A stretch of 24,829 nucleotides of DNA from Elusimicrobiota bacterium (GTDB lineage Bacteria > CG03 > SLGR01 > JAGXOG01): the NCBI GenBank assembly GCA_051745145.1, contig JBNJDT010000020.1, positions 1-24,829 on the forward strand, written 5' to 3'. The translations under genes were made by a program, and so were the position numbers. Shown here piece by piece: positions 1-9,072 of the stretch. The number at the start of each line of letters is the position of its first letter. Position 1 is the first letter of the stretch. Under the pieces are notes generated by a model. That model did not search any database. It had not been told where the DNA came from and saw nothing but the letters and a program-made list of their open reading frames with translations.

Positions 1-99
1 TTTTGACCGGGTGGGGTAGCCTTTTTCAGCTATGTATTTATCAAATTTATCTAAAAGTTTTTTGTTTAAGGATACGCCGAATCTTTTAATATCTGACAT
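1..99 (-). CDS. nikR: Nickel-responsive regulator NikR, N-terminal ribbon-helix-helix (partial, runs off window start)
   Basis: Not in ORF track. Manual translation from ATG at 99: MSDIKRFGVSLNKKLLDKFDKYIAEKGYPTRSK, matching the NikR N-terminal pattern (RFGVSL...LL..FD..I...GY..RS). SD-like AGGGAG upstream; ATG abuts the TAA (100-102) of the upstream gene. Confidence 0.85.
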   Translation of the reverse strand, partial: MSDIKRFGVSLNKKLLDKFDKYIAEKGYPTRSK

Positions 100-1731
100 T
101 TATTTCTCCCTTTCCAGAATTTCTACCATTATATCAACAATTTTTGGGTCGAATTGTTTTCCTTTTTGTTCTTTTAAATTCTGTATGGCCACTTCTTTGG
201 GTAAAATATCCCTGTAAGGACGGGGTTCTCTCATAGCCACATAGGCATCCACCACTGAAAGAATGCGGGCCAGGAGGGGAATCTCTTCACCGGTTAAGTT
301 TTTAGGATAGCCGGTTCCGTCATAGTGTTCGTGGTAAAATTTTATTATGGGTATTATTTCTTTAAACTCATCTATAGTCTCTAAAATTTCCACACTTTTT
401 AAGGGATGCTTTCTTATCTTTTCCCATTCTTCCCGGGAAAGTTTCTCCTCTTTCTGGAGTAGATTCTCAGGAATTGTTAATTTACCTATTTCCTTAACGG
501 AGGCAGAAATCTGCAGATATTCTCTCTGTTCGTTATTTAAATTCATTTCTTCGGATATTTTTTTAAGATACTTTCTCACATTTTCAGCGTGCTGGGGATA
601 TAAATTGTGTTTTGTCTTTATAGTCTTAACCAGCAGGTTTACGGTTGAATCAAACCACTTGTCCTTCATGGAGTATATTTTTGCCTTATTTAAGGCTATA
701 GAAGCGTGAGATGCAAGTATATTTAAAAGTTCCAGGGCTTCTTCGTCAAAAGGAGGACTCTCTTTCTTGCGGGCGACCATTATCAGCCCCGTTATCTCAC
801 CGGCCACTTTTAGAGGAACACCCGCGGCAGAACCGGTTGCCAGCCGGGTAAAATCATCTATTTTCCCGGTATAATTATTCTCTTTTTTTACGTCTTGAAA
901 CAGAACAGATTCCCCGGTATTTAAAATTTTATTTACAACTCCTCCGATATTTTGTATTTTTTCCCCTTTGACCTGATGGGAATTTTCAGCTGTATTTAAA
1001 AATAATTCGAAATTGTCATTTTGATTTTTTAAAATAATAAAACAGGCGTCCGCTCTAAAATAGCTTATAGAATTTTCTATCAAAAGATCCAGCACTTCTC
1101 CCAGCTGCCGGGCTGAACTTATCTTCTCTGTTACTGAAGTTAGCCGTTTTAGGGCGTCAGTCCTCCTTTCCAGGGAATCCAGCCTGTCAAAAAGTTCCAC
1201 CGAAACTCCTATGTGTCCTCCCATACTTAAAATAGATTTCTCTTTATCCGGATTCAGTTCTCTTACAATATTGTAAAATTCAAGAACTCCGGTGACCTCG
1301 TTGTTCACCCTGACAGCCACAATAAGAGTATTTTTAAGTTCCCGTAAAGTGTTTTTTATTAATTTTCTATAGTCAGCCGACATATCCGGTGAAGTGGAAT
1401 AATTAATCTTTTTATCCCCGGAAAGTATATTTCCGTCGGGAAATTTATAAGTGGATACGTCTATGCTCTCCATCTTTTTCTTCACTTCTTTCTCTTTATT
1501 AAAAGGTATATCAGCTCTAAAGGCCATACATTTTAAAAATCCGGTTTTCCCGTATAGAAAAGCCGCTCCCCCTTCACCGCCTATAAGATCCATAATCACT
1601 CCCAGGGTTTTATCCAGAAAATCTTTTGTGTCGTCGGCTTCCCCGGTTAATTCATTAATCTTTTTTAAAGAGTTGTACCGATAATTCAATCCTTGTATAG
1701 TGGATTTAAGTAATTCTACTTTTTTTTCCAT
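100..1731 (-). CDS. Tandem GAF domain + degenerate HD-GYP domain protein
   Basis: 543 aa. Two GAF-like segments (AVRVNNEVTGVLEFYN; GVPLKVAGEITGLIMVARK...PFDEEALELL..LA..ASIAL). C-terminal HD-GYP with HE.YDGTGYP, IPLLARI..V.D, RPYR, GKQFDP. The HD motif is replaced by KE. Confidence 0.9.
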   Translation of the reverse strand: MEKKVELLKSTIQGLNYRYNSLKKINELTGEADDTKDFLDKTLGVIMDLIGGEGGAAFLYGKTGFLKCMAFRADIPFNKEKEVKKKMESIDVSTYKFPDGNILSGDKKINYSTSPDMSADYRKLIKNTLRELKNTLIVAVRVNNEVTGVLEFYNIVRELNPDKEKSILSMGGHIGVSVELFDRLDSLERRTDALKRLTSVTEKISSARQLGEVLDLLIENSISYFRADACFIILKNQNDNFELFLNTAENSHQVKGEKIQNIGGVVNKILNTGESVLFQDVKKENNYTGKIDDFTRLATGSAAGVPLKVAGEITGLIMVARKKESPPFDEEALELLNILASHASIALNKAKIYSMKDKWFDSTVNLLVKTIKTKHNLYPQHAENVRKYLKKISEEMNLNNEQREYLQISASVKEIGKLTIPENLLQKEEKLSREEWEKIRKHPLKSVEILETIDEFKEIIPIIKFYHEHYDGTGYPKNLTGEEIPLLARILSVVDAYVAMREPRPYRDILPKEVAIQNLKEQKGKQFDPKIVDIMVEILEREK

Positions 1732-2894
1732 TCTTTTATCCTCACTTTTCTAATTCCCAAACGATTTTCTATAATATCCGCAATTCTCCGGGATGCTTTC
1801 CCGTCGCCGTAGGGATTTAATGCTTTAGATATTCTGCCGTATTCTTCTGTATTTTCAATTAATTTTTTGCCCCATCTGTAAATCTCCTCTCCGGAAGTGC
1901 CTATTATTTTAACCGTCCCCGCTTTTACCGCCTCCGGGCGTTCGGTTACTTTTCGGTAGACCAGCACGGGTTTACCCAGAGACGGAGCTTCCTCCTGAAT
2001 TCCTCCGGAATCCGTAAAACAGAAATAACATCTTTTTAAAAGCCATACCATATCCGGATAGGAAACCGGGGGCACCAGTTTAAAATTATCCAGCTTATTA
2101 AAATATTCTTCGGCCGTATCCTTAACTTTCGGATTTAAATGGACCGGGTAAACAAATAAAATATTCTTGTATTTTTCCGCCAGTTTTTTTAAACCGGAAA
2201 AAATATTTTCAAGTGGTTTTCCCCAGTTTTCCCGGCGGTGAGCGGTAACCAGAATTACTTTTTTTGACTTAGGAATTTCAGCCAGAGTCTTATTTAATGG
2301 CGTTAATTTTTTTTCGGATATTTCGGTTAATGCATCTATGACGGTATTGCCGGTTACGTAAATATCTTTCTTTGGATAATTTTCTTTGAGAAGGTTATTC
2401 TTATTTCCCGGGGTGGGAGCAAAGTAGCATTCTGAAAGAGTATCGGTAAGCTTTCTGTTTATCTCTTCTGGAAACGGATTGTACCGGTCATTAGAGCGGA
2501 GACCCGCTTCAATGTGTCCCACGGATATCTTTTCATAATAGGCCGCAAGAGCTGCTGTAAAAGTCGTGGTTGTATCCCCCTGCACTAATACCATATCCGG
2601 GTTTTCGCTGCTGAAAATTTTTCCCAGTTTTTTAAGACACCGGGAAGTTATCTCTTCTAGGGTCTGGGATTCGGTCATTATATTTAGATCGAATTCCGGC
2701 TGTATGTCAAAAAGGTCCAACACCTGGTCCAGCATTTCCCTGTGCTGGGCGGTTACTACGCTCTTAATCTCTACTCCCGGTTTTTCGGTAGCCTGCCCCC
2801 TCTTTTTGAACTCTTTTACCACAGGGGCCATCTTAATGGCCTCCGGACGGGTTCCGAAAACCGCTATGATTTTTTTATTCTCAGTCCGTTTCAT
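1716..2894 (-). CDS. wecB: UDP-N-acetylglucosamine 2-epimerase (non-hydrolysing)
   Basis: Motifs FGTRPEAIKMAP, VQGDTTT, GHIEAGLRS, FPEEINR, TDSGGIQEEAPSLGKP, NPYGDG. Confidence 0.97.
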   Translation of the reverse strand: MKRTENKKIIAVFGTRPEAIKMAPVVKEFKKRGQATEKPGVEIKSVVTAQHREMLDQVLDLFDIQPEFDLNIMTESQTLEEITSRCLKKLGKIFSSENPDMVLVQGDTTTTFTAALAAYYEKISVGHIEAGLRSNDRYNPFPEEINRKLTDTLSECYFAPTPGNKNNLLKENYPKKDIYVTGNTVIDALTEISEKKLTPLNKTLAEIPKSKKVILVTAHRRENWGKPLENIFSGLKKLAEKYKNILFVYPVHLNPKVKDTAEEYFNKLDNFKLVPPVSYPDMVWLLKRCYFCFTDSGGIQEEAPSLGKPVLVYRKVTERPEAVKAGTVKIIGTSGEEIYRWGKKLIENTEEYGRISKALNPYGDGKASRRIADIIENRLGIRKVRIKEWKKK

Positions 2895-3910
2895 TTTAAA
2901 ATTGTGATTAATATAGCTACTGCCCCCAGTATTGAAGTAACCGTATATATGGTATAGTCAACTTTTTTGGCATTCCATCCCCTTTTATAGAGTAACCTGT
3001 GATGAATATGTTCCCTGTCTGCATGCATAAATGATTTTCTGGTAGCCACTCTTCTGAAAAAAGATAAAAAAGCATCCAATAAAGGAACGCCGAATACAAT
3101 TATGGGGATTAGTAAAGTCAGAGCCGCCGCTGTTTTTAAGATCCCCGTAATAGTAACCACGCCGGCCAGAAAACCCAGCAGTAAACTTCCGGAATCTCCA
3201 AGGAAAATTTTCGCGGGCGGAAAATTGTATTTTAAAAATCCCAGGGTACTGCCGCAGATAATTAGACTTAAAACGGAAACAAATTTTAATCTTTTAATGG
3301 CCGCCGGCTCAGTCTGAACGGTTGTCTGGTAAAGGGTTATTATAAAAAATACCAGAAAAGCTATGGCCACTACTCCCCCGGCCAGTCCGTCAACTCCGTC
3401 TATTAAATTTATAGAATTTATAAACCCGGTTATCCAAAGTATAGTAACAAGCATAGAGACATAAATCGGTAATTCGGTGTAAGTCCCGAAAAAAGGAAAT
3501 TTTATACTGGCAATTTTTATGCCGTACTGCATAACTATCATGGCTACTATTATCTGCCCTAAGAGTTTTGTTGTGGGAATAACTCCTTTAAAATCATCGA
3601 CAATTCCCATTGCCGTTATTACTATCGATCCTACCAATATACCTTCAAATAGTTTTAAAATATATCCCGAATTATAGTTCATTAAGGCATTAAATTCCGG
3701 GGTAATTCTTTTTAATATCAGGACAGTTGTAAATATAGAGATAAATATGGCGCATCCTCCCAGAAGGGGTACCTCTTTGCGATGTATTTTTCTTCCGGAA
3801 GGTTTATCTATAGCTTTAAATTTAATTGCAAATGAGCCGACAATAGGAGTTATAAGAAGGGTAAGAAATATTGAAATAATAAAGGCGAGAAAATAAAATT
3901 CAAAATGCAT
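2891..3910 (-). CDS. Undecaprenyl-phosphate GlcNAc-1-phosphate transferase (WecA/TagO, MraY family)
   Basis: Polytopic membrane protein with D.P..RKIH...P.LGG, GIVDD, NSINLIDGVDGLA, YNFPPAKIFLGDSGS and ADREHIHHRL motifs. Confidence 0.93.
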   Translation of the reverse strand: MHFEFYFLAFIISIFLTLLITPIVGSFAIKFKAIDKPSGRKIHRKEVPLLGGCAIFISIFTTVLILKRITPEFNALMNYNSGYILKLFEGILVGSIVITAMGIVDDFKGVIPTTKLLGQIIVAMIVMQYGIKIASIKFPFFGTYTELPIYVSMLVTILWITGFINSINLIDGVDGLAGGVVAIAFLVFFIITLYQTTVQTEPAAIKRLKFVSVLSLIICGSTLGFLKYNFPPAKIFLGDSGSLLLGFLAGVVTITGILKTAAALTLLIPIIVFGVPLLDAFLSFFRRVATRKSFMHADREHIHHRLLYKRGWNAKKVDYTIYTVTSILGAVAILITILK

Positions 3911-3931
3911 TATATCAGCACTTGGATATTT

Positions 3932-4567
3932 TTATTTTGTGCCGAATATCCGGTCCCCGGCATCTCCCAGACCGGGAAGAATATAGCCGTGATCGTCAAG
4001 TTTATCATCGACTGCTGCAGTATAAATTTCAATGTCCGGATATGATTTTCGGACCTCTTCAATTCCTTCCGGAGAAGTCACCAGAGCCATAATCTTCATA
4101 TTTTTTGCTTTTTCCCTTTTACAGGAATCCAGGGTTTCAACCATAGTATGCCCGGTTGCCAGCATGGGATCAATAAGTAAAACCAGTCTGGCTTTGGCAA
4201 TATTAGAAGGAAGTTTATGATAATACTCTACAGCTTCTAAAGTGTCTGGTTCCCTGTACATCCCTATATGCCCTACCCTTGCCTGGGGCAATACCTCAAG
4301 TACTCCGTCCACCATACCTATACCCGCCCTTAAAATAGGGACAAGTACAATACCGGACTGTTCTATTTTTATACCTGAAGCTTTTACATCCAGCGGGGTT
4401 GTAACTTCCACTTTTTTGGTCTCTAAATTTCGGGTAACTTCAAATATCATCAGAGTAGCTAATTCCTTAAGCAGTATTCTAAAATCTTTGCTTTTGGTAT
4501 TATGATCTCTCATCATAGTCAGTTTATCCTGAATTAAAGGATGTTTTACTATAGTTACGTTTTCCAT
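3932..4567 (-). CDS. upp: Uracil phosphoribosyltransferase
   Basis: HPLIQDKLT, VPILRAGIGM, IDPMLATGHT (PRPP loop), GYILPGLGDAGDRIFGTK; SD AGGAG upstream. Confidence 0.98.
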   Translation of the reverse strand: MENVTIVKHPLIQDKLTMMRDHNTKSKDFRILLKELATLMIFEVTRNLETKKVEVTTPLDVKASGIKIEQSGIVLVPILRAGIGMVDGVLEVLPQARVGHIGMYREPDTLEAVEYYHKLPSNIAKARLVLLIDPMLATGHTMVETLDSCKREKAKNMKIMALVTSPEGIEEVRKSYPDIEIYTAAVDDKLDDHGYILPGLGDAGDRIFGTK

Positions 4568-4609
4568 TATATTCTCCTTCCTCTATTAAATTTTCTCGGG
4601 TAAAAAAAA

Positions 4610-5851
4610 TTATTCATCAAACTTTTTGACAAGCTTTTCGACTTCACCGGCGGATTTTTGGATATTTCCGGGTTTTGGGTTTTTAAGTAATCCGGCAATT
4701 AAATTCCCCACTTTTGCAATTTCACTTTTTCCGAAACCCCGGGTAGTAAGTACCGGAGTGCCCAGTCTTATGCCCGAAGTTACAAGCGGTTTTTCGGGAT
4801 CGTAGGGTATAGTATTTTTATTGGCGATTATACCTGCTTTTTGTAACACCGCTTCTGCTTTTTTGCCGGTTATATTTAAAGGTCTTAAATCTATGAGAAG
4901 AAGATGGGTGTCAGTCCCCCCGGTAATTAAATCTATCCCTTCATCTTTTAAAGTTTCGGCTAAAACTTTACAATTAGAAACAACTTTTTCAATATATGTG
5001 CCGAAATCATCCGTTAATACATTTTTAAAGCAGACTGCTTTTGCTGCTATAACGTGCATTAAAGGTCCGCCCTGAGTTCCTGGAAATACCGCCCGGTCAA
5101 TTTTAGAGCTGAGCGATTCCCGGCACATTATCATTCCCCCCCGGGGTCCCCTTAAGGTTTTATGGGTGGTGGTAGTTACTATATCGCAGTAAGGTACGGG
5201 ATCCGGATGGCTGCCTTTGGCTACTAGCCCGGCGATATGAGCTATGTCGGCCATAAGATAAGCACCCACTTTATCGGCAATTTCCCGGAATTTTCGAAAA
5301 TCTATTTTCCGGGGATAGGCCGAAGTTCCGCAGACAATTAAATCCGGGTTATTTTTTTTAGCTATATCTTCAACGCTGTTAAAATCTATAAAGTTATCCT
5401 TTTTATCTACCCCGTAGGGGATAATGTCAAAATATTTTCCGCTGAAATTTAAAGGATGACCGTGGGTAAGGTGTCCCCCGCAGGAAAGATCCATTCCCAT
5501 TATCCTATCCCCTATATCCAAAACTGAAAGATAGGAAGCTATATTGGCCTGACTGCCAGAGTGGGGCTGTACATTTACGTGGTCGCAGCCAAAAATTTCT
5601 TTAGCCCGGTCAATAGCTAAATTTTCAATTGTATCTACGTTTTCACATCCCCCGTAATATCGCTTTCCGGGGTAGCCTTCCGCGTATTTATCTGTGAGCC
5701 TGGAACCCATAGCTTCCAGCACCTCTTCGGAAGTATAATTCTCCGAGGCTATCATCTCCAGATTATTTCCCTGTCTTTCGTACTCTTCTTTAATTGCCCG
5801 GTATACTTTGGGATCTTTATCTTTTAAAATATCTTTATTTTTCAAACTCAT
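4610..5851 (-). CDS. glyA: Serine hydroxymethyltransferase
   Basis: [42 protein letters not shown]-lysine motif [22 protein letters not shown]. Confidence 0.98.
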   Translation of the reverse strand: MSLKNKDILKDKDPKVYRAIKEEYERQGNNLEMIASENYTSEEVLEAMGSRLTDKYAEGYPGKRYYGGCENVDTIENLAIDRAKEIFGCDHVNVQPHSGSQANIASYLSVLDIGDRIMGMDLSCGGHLTHGHPLNFSGKYFDIIPYGVDKKDNFIDFNSVEDIAKKNNPDLIVCGTSAYPRKIDFRKFREIADKVGAYLMADIAHIAGLVAKGSHPDPVPYCDIVTTTTHKTLRGPRGGMIMCRESLSSKIDRAVFPGTQGGPLMHVIAAKAVCFKNVLTDDFGTYIEKVVSNCKVLAETLKDEGIDLITGGTDTHLLLIDLRPLNITGKKAEAVLQKAGIIANKNTIPYDPEKPLVTSGIRLGTPVLTTRGFGKSEIAKVGNLIAGLLKNPKPGNIQKSAGEVEKLVKKFDE

Positions 5852-6311
5852 CTTGCATCCTTTCTATTATATCTTTTAGGTTTTCTTTAATCTCTTTAAA
5901 AGCTTTCCGGTAGGCTTCCAAACCCCGACCAATAGGGTCGGTAATATCGTGCCTGCCCCGGCCTGAAAATTCAGTTAAAAGAAAAGTTTTTTCCTCATAA
6001 CCGAAGGCCCTGCTTAAAAAATTCTTGTGTTTTTGGGTCATTACCAGCACTAAATCCGATGACTTCATTATTTCTTCATTTATTCTCGTGGGAGTATGAT
6101 CCGAATAATCAAGTTCATTCTCCTCCATTACCCGGGCCAGATCACCGAATATGGAATAGTGGGGCATGGCCGCGGTTCCGGCAGATTGTATTTTAAAATT
6201 TTTCAGACCGTAATTTTTCGCCATATCTTTTAATATCCGCTCGGCCATTACACTTCTGCAGGTATTGCCGGTACAGACAAACGTTATAGTAGTTTTTACT
6301 TTCTTATTAAT
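5835..6311 (-). CDS. Low-molecular-weight protein phosphatase, YwlE-like arginine phosphatase (start uncertain)
   Basis: The ORF track starts at ATG 6248, but the frame continues upstream as [16 protein letters not shown], so the catalytic CX5R loop (6275-6252) precedes that ATG. SAGT, DLVLVM and DITDPIG motifs follow. No ATG/GTG/TTG upstream in frame; start placed tentatively at ATT 6311. Confidence 0.85.
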   Translation of the reverse strand: MNKKVKTTITFVCTGNTCRSVMAERILKDMAKNYGLKNFKIQSAGTAAMPHYSIFGDLARVMEENELDYSDHTPTRINEEIMKSSDLVLVMTQKHKNFLSRAFGYEEKTFLLTEFSGRGRHDITDPIGRGLEAYRKAFKEIKENLKDIIERMQDEFEK

Positions 6312-6832
6312 TTTTCTTCCTCTTCCGTTAAATCTATAATTTTCGAAGGTTTTCCCGAATATTGTTCTTTAAAATTTACTGTCAGATCAACTTTATTTTT
6401 TAATTTTTTTGGAACTTCTTCTACTCCCCCGGCAGCCGCATCTCCCGAAATATTAGCGCTGGTTGCGCACAGGGGACCGGTTGATTCCATAATTTTCAAA
6501 AGAGGAGCGCAGTCCGGCATCCTCACCCCTATAGTTTCGTTTTCGGTAGTATTCAGTATGAAAGTTGTAGCTCCGGGCCATTCTTTTTCTAATCTGTTTT
6601 CTAAATTCTCGGTTTTTTTAACCCAGTCCCAGACCTGGTTTACTCCCGGAACAAGTAATGCAAGAGGCTTATCCATACTCCTGTTTTTTATTTTGTAAAT
6701 ACGTCTAATTGCCTTTTCTTTGCCCGGTTTAGCACAAATGCCTGCCACTGTATCAGTAGGGAGAATAACTACTCCTCCCCTGTTTAAAGTTTTAACTGTT
6801 TTTTCTATTTTAGCTTTTTTGTCCATAGCCAC
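6296..6832 (-). CDS. tsaC: L-threonylcarbamoyladenylate synthase (TsaC/YrdC domain only)
   Basis: GGVVILPTDTV, IYKIKNRS..KPL, GVRMP, TSANISG, SKIIDL; 178 aa, no Sua5 C-terminal domain. Confidence 0.92.
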   Translation of the reverse strand: MAMDKKAKIEKTVKTLNRGGVVILPTDTVAGICAKPGKEKAIRRIYKIKNRSMDKPLALLVPGVNQVWDWVKKTENLENRLEKEWPGATTFILNTTENETIGVRMPDCAPLLKIMESTGPLCATSANISGDAAAGGVEEVPKKLKNKVDLTVNFKEQYSGKPSKIIDLTEEEEKLIRK

Positions 6833-6835
6833 TAA

Positions 6836-8008
6836 TCAGGTTAAGTAATGGGCGTTAATTCTAACGTATTCCGGACTTAAATCACAGGTATAAGCTGTAG
6901 CTTTGCCGTTTTTTTTACCCAGATCCACAGTTAATTTAAACTTAGAACCGGATAAAATATCTTTGATCTGTTCAAAAGTTTTTTCAAATATCTCACCGTC
7001 TTTTATCCAGTGTACGCCGTTTACATAAATATTAAAATTTTCCGTATTGACTTCAATACCTTTTTCCCCCAGAACGCTAATTATCCTGCCCCAGTTCGGA
7101 GAAGCTCCATAAAAGGCAGTTTTACACAAGGGGGAAGCAGCTATACCCTGAGCACCTTTTTGGGCTTCCTTATCCGTCAAAGCCCCCTTTATATGTATTT
7201 TAATTAACTTGGTAGCCCCTTCTCCGTCGGCGGCTATCTTTTCCACAGTTGCGGTACATAATTTTTTAAGGTGTCTTAAGAACTTCTTATAGTTTCCGGA
7301 TTCAGATTCGATACGTCTATTAGTCGCTTTCCGGGTAGAGGAAATAAATACACTGTCGTTGGTGCTGGTCTCCCCGTCTATATTTAAATTATTAAAAGTT
7401 AGGCGGTTTACTTCTTTTAGCCCCCGGGTTAAATATTCTTTTTTTATATTTAAATCAGTACATATAAATACCAGCATAGTGGCTAAATCGGGATTGACCA
7501 TACCCGAGCCTTTGGCAACGGCAGCTAGTCTTATATCCTTACCGTTTATAGTAAAATCAGAGCTGAGTACTTTTACCTGAGTATCTGTAGTCATAATAGC
7601 CTCAGCGAATTCATAGGGTTTTACTCTCTCTTTTCGGGAAATTAAGAGATTTAATTTATCGTCATTTATTATGGGGATTTTTCCTATAGAACCGGTTGAG
7701 GCAACTAATAACTCTTCCTTTTTGCAGTTTAATCCTAAGCTGGCTTTGTCTACCAGTTCCTGTAATTGAAGCTTGCCCTTCTTACCTGTTGCGGCATTAG
7801 CCCGGCCCTTATTAACAAGAATAGCCTTATGGTTTGATTTATTAATATACTTGCGGCAGTAATTTACCGGGTGGGCTGCATTTTTATTTGTTGTAAAAAC
7901 TCCGCCGGTTATCATACCCTCGGGAGCGTAGATCAGGCCCAGATTCTCCCCCTTTTCGGGTTTTATACCATTTATACCAAAACCCCGTGGAAAGTCCATA
8001 GCATTCAC
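6836..8008 (-). CDS. argJ: Ornithine acetyltransferase / N-acetylglutamate synthase ArgJ
   Basis: GVFTTN, ANAATG, VASTG.IG, AIMTTDT, AKGSGMVNPDLATML (autoproteolysis site), DGETSTND, DGEGATK, PNWGRI, CDLSPEYVRINA. Confidence 0.95.
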   Translation of the reverse strand: MNAMDFPRGFGINGIKPEKGENLGLIYAPEGMITGGVFTTNKNAAHPVNYCRKYINKSNHKAILVNKGRANAATGKKGKLQLQELVDKASLGLNCKKEELLVASTGSIGKIPIINDDKLNLLISRKERVKPYEFAEAIMTTDTQVKVLSSDFTINGKDIRLAAVAKGSGMVNPDLATMLVFICTDLNIKKEYLTRGLKEVNRLTFNNLNIDGETSTNDSVFISSTRKATNRRIESESGNYKKFLRHLKKLCTATVEKIAADGEGATKLIKIHIKGALTDKEAQKGAQGIAASPLCKTAFYGASPNWGRIISVLGEKGIEVNTENFNIYVNGVHWIKDGEIFEKTFEQIKDILSGSKFKLTVDLGKKNGKATAYTCDLSPEYVRINAHYLT

Positions 8009-9072
8009 TTACTCCCGCTACCGGAATAGTGACGGACGGAGACCAGCCCGGCATACTCTTTAAAATTCATAGCTATATTCATATTTTGAACTGCCTGTCC
8101 GGAGGCCCCCTTAACTAAATTGTCTATGGCTGTAACAACAATTACATCACCGGTCTGGGGGTCACTTTTTATTCCTATCCGGCAATTATTGGTGGACTCT
8201 ACATCTTTTGTCTGGGGAAATTCCCCATCACTGCATATATCTATAAAATACTCATTTTTGTAATATTTGTTATATATATCTATTACTTCTTTAGTATCCA
8301 GATTATTGTTTAAACTGGAATACAGATTAACCAGTATGCCCCTTTCGATGGGCACAAGATGGGGACAAAATACCAGCGAATCCCATTTTTTATTCCCGCC
8401 GCCGGACAGAATATGGTTTAAAAATTCGGTAATTTCGCCCATATGCCGGTGGGAATTTACTTTGTAAGGTGTAACATTCTCGTATCTGGAAGCAAAAAGA
8501 TACTTGGAATTCAGTTTTTTACCCGCTCCTGAAATCCCCGATTTTGCATCTATATAAATTTGATTATCTGCCAACCCTTCTTTTAAAAGCGGATAAATGG
8601 TCAGTGCTGTTGCCGTTGCATAGCAACCGGGATTTGCGATTAAATTGGCTTTTTCGACTTCTTCCCTGTTTATTTCCGGTAAACCGTATACCGCTCTCTT
8701 TAAATTTTTTATATCTTCATGCTTGGTTTTATACCATTTTTCGTATTCAGAACTCTGATAAAACCGGTAATCCGCCGACAAATCTATAATTAATTTTTTG
8801 GATTTCGCCAGATAAGGCATGTAAAGAAGAGATTTAGTATGAGGAAGAGCCAGAAAAATTATGTCACTGTCTTTGGAAATTTTACCGGGTTCCGGCTTAC
8901 TTAAAATTTTTGATACAGACCCTTTTAAAGACGGATATAAATCCGCTATATTTTCTCCGGCATGATTTTTTGAATACAGCTTATCCAGCTGGACTTTCTC
9001 ATGTCCGGAAAGAATTCTTACAAGTTCCCGGCCTGTAAAACCGCTGGCCCCGACTATAGATACTTTATTCAT
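8005..9072 (-). CDS. argC: N-acetyl-gamma-glutamyl-phosphate reductase
   Basis: IVGASGFTG, FLALPH, IDLSADYR, YGLPE, ANPGCY, SGISGAG, IDNLVKGASGQAVQNMN. Confidence 0.97.
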   Translation of the reverse strand: MNKVSIVGASGFTGRELVRILSGHEKVQLDKLYSKNHAGENIADLYPSLKGSVSKILSKPEPGKISKDSDIIFLALPHTKSLLYMPYLAKSKKLIIDLSADYRFYQSSEYEKWYKTKHEDIKNLKRAVYGLPEINREEVEKANLIANPGCYATATALTIYPLLKEGLADNQIYIDAKSGISGAGKKLNSKYLFASRYENVTPYKVNSHRHMGEITEFLNHILSGGGNKKWDSLVFCPHLVPIERGILVNLYSSLNNNLDTKEVIDIYNKYYKNEYFIDICSDGEFPQTKDVESTNNCRIGIKSDPQTGDVIVVTAIDNLVKGASGQAVQNMNIAMNFKEYAGLVSVRHYSGSGSK

